Source of the DNA: Fidelibacterota bacterium
Lineage (GTDB): Bacteria; Fidelibacterota; Marinisomatia; SCGC-AAA003-L08; GCA-2689995
NCBI GenBank assembly: GCA_014381925.1
Contig: JACNKR010000048.1
Coordinates: 313 to 64,312 of the forward strand
Direction of reading: 5' to 3'
Length of the DNA: 64,000 nt
Positions within the stretch are counted from its first letter, which is position 1. The number at the start of each line of letters is the position of its first letter. The notes under the pieces were generated by a model. The model ran no database searches. It saw nothing but the letters and a program-made list of their open reading frames with translations, and was not told the origin of the DNA. Shown here one piece after another: positions 57,331 to 64,000 of the stretch. The position numbers and the translations under genes are program-made.

Positions 57331-57345
57331 TAAAAGGGTTAAACA

Positions 57346-59256
57346 ATGGCTTTAGATTCAAAAATACCTGAAGGTCCACTCTCAGAAAAATGGACAAAAC
57401 ATAAGTTTAACATGAAGTTGGTAAATCCTGCCAATAAACGCAAATATAAAATTATTGTTGTAGGAACAGGTTTAGCTGGGGCTTCAGCCTCTGCAACTTT
57501 AGCAGAGCTAGGTTACGAAGTTGAGGCATTTTCTTACCATGAATCACCAAGAAGAGCACATAGCATCGCGGCTCAAGGTGGAATAAATGCTGCAAAAAAT
57601 TATCCAAATGATGGTGATAGTATTTATCGTCTATTCTATGATACAATAAAAGGTGGTGATTATAGAGCAAGAGAAGCAAATGTATATCGACTTGCAGAAG
57701 TCAGTAATAATATTATTGACCAATGTGTTGCACAGGGAATTCCTTTTGCGCGAGAATATGGAGGATTATTAGATAATCGTTCATTTGGTGGAGCCCAAGT
57801 TTCAAGAACTTTTTATGCGCGTGGGCAAACAGGACAACAATTATTACTTGGTGCATATTCAGCATTAATCAGACAGATGAATTTGGGAAAAGTGAAATTC
57901 CATAATCGTACAGATATGTTAGATATGATTATTCATGAAGGGAAAGCCCGCGGAATTGTTACTCGAAATTTAGAAACAGGAGAAATAAAAGCTCATACAG
58001 CAGACGCTGTCATTTTAGCAACCGGTGGTTATGGCAACGTATTCTTTCTTTCAACAAATGCTATGGCTTCTAATGTTACAGCATCTTGGAGAGCGCATAA
58101 ACATGGTGCATATTTTGCAAATCCATGTTTTACACAAATTCACCCAACATGTATTCCTGTTGCGAGCGACCATCAATCAAAACTCACATTAATGAGTGAA
58201 AGTTTAAGAAATGATGGACGTGTTTGGGTACCTAAGAAAAAAGGTGATGACCGAAATCCAAAAGATATTCCTGAGAATGAACGGGATTATTATTTAGAAA
58301 GATTATATCCATCATTTGGAAACCTTGTTCCGCGAGATGTCGCTTCCCGAAGAGCAAAAGAAATGTGCGATTTAGGTCATGGCGTTGGACCTACAAAATT
58401 AGCTGTTTATCTTGATTTTGAAGATGTAATTGAACGAAATGGAAAACCTTGGGTTGTTGAAAAATATGGTAATCTATTTGATATGTATAAACAAATTACA
58501 GGAGAAAATCCATATAAATCACCAATGATGATTTATCCTGCAGTACACTATACTATGGGTGGTTTATGGGTAGATTATAATTTAATGTCTTCTTTACCTG
58601 GGTTGCATGTATTGGGAGAGGCAAATTTTTCTGATCATGGTGCTAATAGGTTAGGTGCAAGTGCATTAATGCAAGGCTTAGCCGATGGATATTTTGTAAT
58701 ACCTTATACAATTGGTGATTATTTAGCAACGGAATCATTAAAGCCATTATCACCTAAGGATAATGTGTGTACCGAAGCTGTAAAAAATGTTCAAAACCGA
58801 ACTAAAAAATTATTAAATATTAATGGTTCTAGAACGGTTGATGATATACACAAAGAATTAGGTAAAATTATGTGGGAATATGTAGGTATGGCTCGTGAGA
58901 AATCAGGACTTGAAACTGCATTAGAAAAAATTCCTAAACTTCGTAAAGAATTTTGGAAAGATGTAAAAGTACCTGGCTCAGCTAATGAATATAATCCTGA
59001 ACTAGAGAAAGCTGCTCGTTTAGCAGATTTTCTTGAATTAGGTGAACTCATGGCAAGAGATGCACTTGAAAGAGAGGAATCATGTGGTGGTCATTTTCGT
59101 GTTGAACATCAAACAGATGAAAATGAAGCAAAACGAAATGATGAAGATTTTACTCATGTTGCGTCTTGGGAATTTGAAGCTGAAGGGAAATCAAAACTTC
59201 ATCAAGATAAACTTACATTTGAAAATGTTAAATTGACTACAAGGAGTTATAAATAA
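57346..59256 (+). CDS. sdhA: Succinate dehydrogenase/fumarate reductase flavoprotein
   Basis: [49 protein letters not shown]. Confidence 0.97.
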   Translation: MALDSKIPEGPLSEKWTKHKFNMKLVNPANKRKYKIIVVGTGLAGASASATLAELGYEVEAFSYHESPRRAHSIAAQGGINAAKNYPNDGDSIYRLFYDTIKGGDYRAREANVYRLAEVSNNIIDQCVAQGIPFAREYGGLLDNRSFGGAQVSRTFYARGQTGQQLLLGAYSALIRQMNLGKVKFHNRTDMLDMIIHEGKARGIVTRNLETGEIKAHTADAVILATGGYGNVFFLSTNAMASNVTASWRAHKHGAYFANPCFTQIHPTCIPVASDHQSKLTLMSESLRNDGRVWVPKKKGDDRNPKDIPENERDYYLERLYPSFGNLVPRDVASRRAKEMCDLGHGVGPTKLAVYLDFEDVIERNGKPWVVEKYGNLFDMYKQITGENPYKSPMMIYPAVHYTMGGLWVDYNLMSSLPGLHVLGEANFSDHGANRLGASALMQGLADGYFVIPYTIGDYLATESLKPLSPKDNVCTEAVKNVQNRTKKLLNINGSRTVDDIHKELGKIMWEYVGMAREKSGLETALEKIPKLRKEFWKDVKVPGSANEYNPELEKAARLADFLELGELMARDALEREESCGGHFRVEHQTDENEAKRNDEDFTHVASWEFEAEGKSKLHQDKLTFENVKLTTRSYK

Positions 59257-59996
59257 TGAAAGTCACTTTACAAGTTTGGAGACAAAAAAATAGAACTACA
59301 ACCGGAGATTTTGTTAGTTATGATGTTGAAAATGTATCAGGAGATATGTCATTTTTTGAAATGTTAGATATGTTAAATAACTCATTAATTTCTGAAGGTG
59401 AAGACCCGATATCATTTGATCATGATTGTAGAGAAGGTATTTGTGGTACATGCGGTGTATCAATAAATGGGCGAGCACATGGTCCATTAAAGGGTGTTAC
59501 TACTTGTCAACTCCACATGCGAAGTTTTAGTGATGGAGATGTTTTAGTTGTAGAACCATGGCGTGCATCTGCTTTTCCTGTTATAAGAGACTTAGTCGTA
59601 GATAGAACTTCATTTGATAAAATAATGGAAGCTGGTGGGTATGTTTCAATTAAAACAGGTGGAACTCCCGATGCAAATGCTATTCCAATTCCTAAATTTG
59701 ATGCTGAAGAGGCAATGGATTCAGCTTCATGTATTGGTTGTGGGGCATGTGTTGCTTCTTGTAAAAATTCTTCTGCTATGTTATTTGTAGGTGCAAAAGT
59801 TTCTCAATTTGCATTATTACCACAAGGGAAAGTCGAACGCAAAGAGCGTGCATTAAATATGGTTGCAACAATGGATGACGAAGGGTTTGGAAATTGTTCA
59901 AATACAGGTGCTTGTGAAGTAGAATGTCCAAAAGAAATTTCAATTATAAATATTGCACGATTAAATAGAGAGTTTTTTAAAGCAAGTTTTAATTAG
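59256..59996 (+). CDS. sdhB: Succinate dehydrogenase/fumarate reductase iron-sulfur subunit
   Basis: [34 protein letters not shown]. Confidence 0.96.
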   Translation: MKVTLQVWRQKNRTTTGDFVSYDVENVSGDMSFFEMLDMLNNSLISEGEDPISFDHDCREGICGTCGVSINGRAHGPLKGVTTCQLHMRSFSDGDVLVVEPWRASAFPVIRDLVVDRTSFDKIMEAGGYVSIKTGGTPDANAIPIPKFDAEEAMDSASCIGCGACVASCKNSSAMLFVGAKVSQFALLPQGKVERKERALNMVATMDDEGFGNCSNTGACEVECPKEISIINIARLNREFFKASFN

Positions 59997-61023
59997 ATTC
60001 TATAGAATTAATCCAATCTCTGATTAATTTAACACCTTCTTTATGAACTAATTTTCTACCCAATTCTGGCATCATAATTCCAGAATCACTCGACTCCATT
60101 CTATAAATAATAATTGACTCATCTGGATTTCCAGGTACAATATTATATTTTAAATTTCCCGAACCACGCCCAGAGGCAACGGGTGTTTTATAATAACCAA
60201 TTTTGTGTAAATCATTTTCAGAATAATTTAAATACAAACCAGAAGTCATTGCAGGCCCATTTGAATTATGGCAATGTCCACAATTAATATCTAAATATGC
60301 TCTTGCTCTATTTTCAAGTGAAAAATGAGAATCTTCCCAATTTGCTGTAATAGGTATTGATTCAATCTCAGGTAAATTTTCAATTAACCCCATTTGAATC
60401 ATTTTTTCTAATTGATGATATGGTTTTATTTCTGTAGTTTTGAAATTACAGTTTAATAATCTTGGCTTTGGTCCGATGGGTAAAAATTGATTTTCACTTA
60501 CATGACATCCTTTACACATATTTACATTTGGTACAAGATAGTTAGCTTTCTGAGGTTTACCATCCAAATCTATCCACGAAACAATTTGTCTATCCCCTGC
60601 AATTTCTAAAAATGCATCTGTTTGTTCAGCATTCCAAATATAGGGATATCCAAACCAACCTTCGTTGGTATTTATTAATAATCGAGTTTCAATTATTTGC
60701 CAATTATTTTTAGGTTCTCTAAAATCAATGGGGTAATAAAATGTTTTTATTAGAATCGTTCCAATTGGAAAATCAAAATTTTCAGGATTTATATAGGACA
60801 TTTTCTGTCCTTCAGGTAGTACTAAAAATCTGAGTTTATGGGCGTAATCTGTAAAAAGAGGAGTAGATATTTGGTAAGGAATAACATTTAAGTTTGGGAT
60901 TTGATTTTTTAGTGGTCCATTAAAAAAATGATAATCAGATAATTTTGGTTGAGCATAATCTAAAATCCCACTTATTCCTAAAGAAATAAAGATTATCCAT
61001 ATATATTTTATAACTTCATACAT
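59989..61023 (-). CDS. SO2930-family diheme c-type cytochrome (TIGR03806-like)
   Basis: [47 protein letters not shown]; start moved to ATG 61023. Confidence 0.85.
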   Translation of the reverse strand: MYEVIKYIWIIFISLGISGILDYAQPKLSDYHFFNGPLKNQIPNLNVIPYQISTPLFTDYAHKLRFLVLPEGQKMSYINPENFDFPIGTILIKTFYYPIDFREPKNNWQIIETRLLINTNEGWFGYPYIWNAEQTDAFLEIAGDRQIVSWIDLDGKPQKANYLVPNVNMCKGCHVSENQFLPIGPKPRLLNCNFKTTEIKPYHQLEKMIQMGLIENLPEIESIPITANWEDSHFSLENRARAYLDINCGHCHNSNGPAMTSGLYLNYSENDLHKIGYYKTPVASGRGSGNLKYNIVPGNPDESIIIYRMESSDSGIMMPELGRKLVHKEGVKLIRDWINSIESN

Positions 61024-61027
61024 TAAT

Positions 61028-62254
61028 TTATTTAAGAATTGTAGGAGATATGCGTGGTAACCGGCAAGTAAATGAAGATTCATCTTGAGAAAAGGAGGTA
61101 AAAAATGGTGTGTACCAATTTGTAAAATTATTATTAATATCTAAATTTAAAAATTCAGCATTATTGTTATTCTCTATACAGAATCTATTTTCATTAATAA
61201 TTTTTCCTTTTGAATCAATATATTGAGGATCAGGATTACCATCATAAACAATTTCTGGTACGTCTTTCCAAAACTTTAAAAACATTAATTGGCCAATTTC
61301 ATGTTTTAAAGTAGGTATTTGTGGTTTTCTTTCAAATTTATTATCATGAATGTAAATTGATGATGTGTATGGATTATATAACGAATCTAAAATAGGATCC
61401 TCTGTAATAAAATAGCTTACAACAGCTGTTCCGACTGTTTTATTATCAATTATATCATTTTCAAAAATTTCTACTCCACTTGTAGCTAAAACCATTATTC
61501 CAGTTCCTGCGGGAACTGTTCCAACTATGTTTCCGGGAGGAGCAAAATTAAATAAATTATTATCTTTTACTAAATTATTATAAACTCGAATATTATGTCC
61601 GTCTTTTACTTCTAAGTCTGGTAAATCAAATACTAAAATACCACCTGTATTATCATGCGCGTAATTATCAAAAACATCCGCGTTCGTACTATTTTCAATT
61701 TCAATTCCTGCTACATTATGAAATGCTTCACAATTTTTAACAATAATATTTTTAGACTGTCCAACATAAATACCTGCATCTGATGCACCAATTGCGATAC
61801 AACCATCAATTAAAATATTTGAACACTGTACGGGGTAAATACCATAAGATCCATTTGTTGGCTTTGGACCATTTGTCCATTCTGTTTTTACATTATAAAA
61901 ATAAATTATATCGGTATCTTGTGCTTTTATCCCATCACCTTTTGTGTTCTGTGCGGTGAAATTTTTGAGAGTAATATTTTTACAATTGATGACGCGTAAA
62001 CCCTCAGCACCGTCTTCTTGATTAATAAAAGAAAGAATTGAATTATTCATATCATTTCCTTCAATTGTAATATTATTCTTACCTTCAATTGAAAGCGTTC
62101 CTTTTATTTCAAATTCACCAGAAGGAATTTTTATGATGCCACCTGTTTCAACTAAAATAAGTTGAGTTTGGAAATCTTTTTCAAAGTTACTAAAAAGAAG
62201 AATATTAATTGAAAATATAAAAGTTAAAATGAGTTTAAAATTATGTTGTATCAT
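61028..62254 (-). CDS. Parallel beta-helix repeat protein (TIGR03805-like)
   Basis: Signal peptide; NG.YGIYPV, GASDAGIYVGQS, NVAGIEIENS, NTGGILVFDLP, NFAPPGNIV. Confidence 0.88.
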   Translation of the reverse strand: MIQHNFKLILTFIFSINILLFSNFEKDFQTQLILVETGGIIKIPSGEFEIKGTLSIEGKNNITIEGNDMNNSILSFINQEDGAEGLRVINCKNITLKNFTAQNTKGDGIKAQDTDIIYFYNVKTEWTNGPKPTNGSYGIYPVQCSNILIDGCIAIGASDAGIYVGQSKNIIVKNCEAFHNVAGIEIENSTNADVFDNYAHDNTGGILVFDLPDLEVKDGHNIRVYNNLVKDNNLFNFAPPGNIVGTVPAGTGIMVLATSGVEIFENDIIDNKTVGTAVVSYFITEDPILDSLYNPYTSSIYIHDNKFERKPQIPTLKHEIGQLMFLKFWKDVPEIVYDGNPDPQYIDSKGKIINENRFCIENNNNAEFLNLDINNNFTNWYTPFFTSFSQDESSFTCRLPRISPTILK

Positions 62255-62276
62255 AGCGTCAATTTATGAGTTATTA

Positions 62277-63638
62277 TTATATAGAAACATTATTATTTTT
62301 TTGAATAACATCAGCGATTAAAAAGGCGAGTTCAATTGCTTGGCTTGCATTTAAACGAGGATCACAATGAGTATGATATCGATCTCCTAAGGATTTGTCT
62401 GTAATTTCTGCTAATCCTCCAGTACACTCCGTTACATTCTGCCCGGTCATTTCTAAATGAATACCTCCTGCATGCGTGCCTTCGGAATTATGAATTTCTA
62501 TATTTGTTTTTACTTCATCTAATATATGGTCAAATGGTCGTGTTTTATACCCACTTTCAGATTTAATTGTATTTCCATGCATAGGGTCACATGACCAAAT
62601 TACAATTTTACCTTCAGATTGAATTCGTTTTATTAAATTTGGTAAATGATTTTGAACGAGACCTTTACCATATCTTGAAATTAATGTAATTTTTCCTGCT
62701 GTATTATTTGGATTTAAAATATCAATCATTTTTATAAGTTCATCTGGATTTAATTTTGGCCCACATTTAATTCCAATTGGATTTTTTATACCTCTACAAT
62801 ATTCAATATGGCCACTATCAATAAAACGAGTTCTATCTCCAATCCATAAAAAATGGGCAGACGTATTATACATCTCACCGGAGGTTGAGTCCATTCGTGT
62901 TAATGCTTCTTCATATGGTAAAAGTAACGCTTCGTGTGATGTATAAAAATCAACTTTTCTTAATTGAGTTGTTGTCTCTGCATTAATTCCTAATGCATCC
63001 ATAAAATTTAAATTTGCTTGAATTTGGTTTGCTAAATCTCTATATCGTTCTGCTTGAGGACCACTTTTAACAAATCCCATATTCCAAGATTGAACATGTT
63101 TTAAATCAGCAAATCCACCTGCTGCAAAAGCTCTAAGTAAATTTAATGTTGATGCTGCTTGGGAATAGGCTTTTAATATGCGGTTTGGGTCAGGGTTTCG
63201 ACTTGATTTATCAAATGAAATCCCATTTATTATATCACCTTTATAACTTGATAATTCAATACCATCTTTTTTTTCTGTATCACTTGACCTTGGTTTTGCA
63301 AATTGTCCTGCCATTCTTCCAAGTTTTACAATGGGTAAATGTGTACCCGCAGTAAGAATAATAGCCATCTGTAATATAACTCTAAAAGTATCTCGGATAT
63401 TATTTGCATTAAATTCTGCAAAACTTTCTGCACAATCCCCCCCTTGTAAAATATATCCTTTTCCTTCAGCAACCTGAGCCAAAGATTTATTTAATGCCCT
63501 CACTTCCCCTGCAAAAACGAGAGGAGGAAATTGTTTTAATTGATCTGTTGCATTTGATAAATCATCTTGTGAGGGATATACAGGTAGATGTTTTAATGTG
63601 AACTTATTCCATGAACTTGGACTCCATTTATTTGCCAT
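62277..63638 (-). CDS. Class II DAHP synthase
   Basis: PPLVFAGE, QGGDCAESF, GRMAGQFAKPRS, WIGDRTR, CDPMHGNT, CDPRLN. Confidence 0.96.
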   Translation of the reverse strand: MANKWSPSSWNKFTLKHLPVYPSQDDLSNATDQLKQFPPLVFAGEVRALNKSLAQVAEGKGYILQGGDCAESFAEFNANNIRDTFRVILQMAIILTAGTHLPIVKLGRMAGQFAKPRSSDTEKKDGIELSSYKGDIINGISFDKSSRNPDPNRILKAYSQAASTLNLLRAFAAGGFADLKHVQSWNMGFVKSGPQAERYRDLANQIQANLNFMDALGINAETTTQLRKVDFYTSHEALLLPYEEALTRMDSTSGEMYNTSAHFLWIGDRTRFIDSGHIEYCRGIKNPIGIKCGPKLNPDELIKMIDILNPNNTAGKITLISRYGKGLVQNHLPNLIKRIQSEGKIVIWSCDPMHGNTIKSESGYKTRPFDHILDEVKTNIEIHNSEGTHAGGIHLEMTGQNVTECTGGLAEITDKSLGDRYHTHCDPRLNASQAIELAFLIADVIQKNNNVSI

Positions 63639-64000
63639 TTTCGTCCTTTGTTAATTTTGTTGTTTGAATTTGTATTGCTTCATTTATTTGCTTTATCATC
63701 ATTTTTGTATATGGATTATAAGTTTGTAAATCTTTATATAATTCCCAAGTATCATTACATGTTTGATTTACTAAATCTAATAAATTTCGAAATCCTTCAG
63801 TATCAATTGTTGACCTTTTTGCACCAAATTCTTTTAATGATCTTCCTATAAAATGTGTAATTCCTTGACTGTTTGATGCGAGTTTATCATGAGTATCTGG
63901 ATCAATTTGAATTACCTCTATCCCTTGTCCTGAAAAATATTGTTTCCAAAAATGATAAATATCATAAACATCTCTTTCAGGGTATGCCATCATTTTTAGA
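63628..64000 (-). CDS. tyrA: Prephenate/arogenate dehydrogenase, C-terminal part (runs off the window)
   Basis: HDKLA.SQGITHFIGR, IDT.GF..L, ND..EL..DLQ.YNPY; coupled to the DAHP synthase gene. Confidence 0.75.
   Translation of the reverse strand, partial: LKMMAYPERDVYDIYHFWKQYFSGQGIEVIQIDPDTHDKLASNSQGITHFIGRSLKEFGAKRSTIDTEGFRNLLDLVNQTCNDTWELYKDLQTYNPYTKMMIKQINEAIQIQTTKLTKDENGK

Noticed and set aside
11728-63851. Numerous 60-160 aa antisense or alternate-frame ORFs from the track (e.g. 11728-12045, 19057-19527, 49483-49893, 55287-55568, 58791-59051)
   Set aside because: They lie within or overlap well-supported genes and show no recognisable motifs.

Overview
AT-rich, gene-dense bacterial chromosome segment, almost all on the + strand. 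Bacteroidota-type sdhCAB, a PorV-family barrel, a T9SS-type C-terminal domain, dockerin-tailed secreted proteins and DxNxNGxWD acidic repeats point to an FCB-group marine lineage, most plausibly Marinisomatota/Marinimicrobia (inference, not verified). The housekeeping backbone is oppF-like, mtaB, dNK, purNH, mreBCD-mrdA-rodA, rpiB-glyA-nrdR, mlaEFD, bamD, nadD, ftsEX, large-type SRP RNA-dnaX-ybaB-recR, pgsA-pgpA-cinA-thpR-recA, crcB, sdhCAB, class II DAHP synthase and tyrA. The best candidate for an undescribed system is a compact minus-strand Zorya-like operon (52912-55636). It has one ZorA/MotA-like gene with an internally duplicated tail and two ZorB/MotB-like paralogs, one lacking the ion-carrying Asp, and no zorC/D/E effector genes nearby. 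Other notable items: an orphan flagellin with a CsrA-type leader, an operon resembling Bacteroidota BAM accessory subunits, a catalytically dead M6 protease homolog next to porV, a SpoVG protein with an SSB-type DDDIPF tail, a pgpA frameshift in a T9 run, and probable ATT starts for cinA and thpR. No tRNA, rRNA, CRISPR array or transposase was seen. All calls come from reading motifs by eye; no database searches were run.
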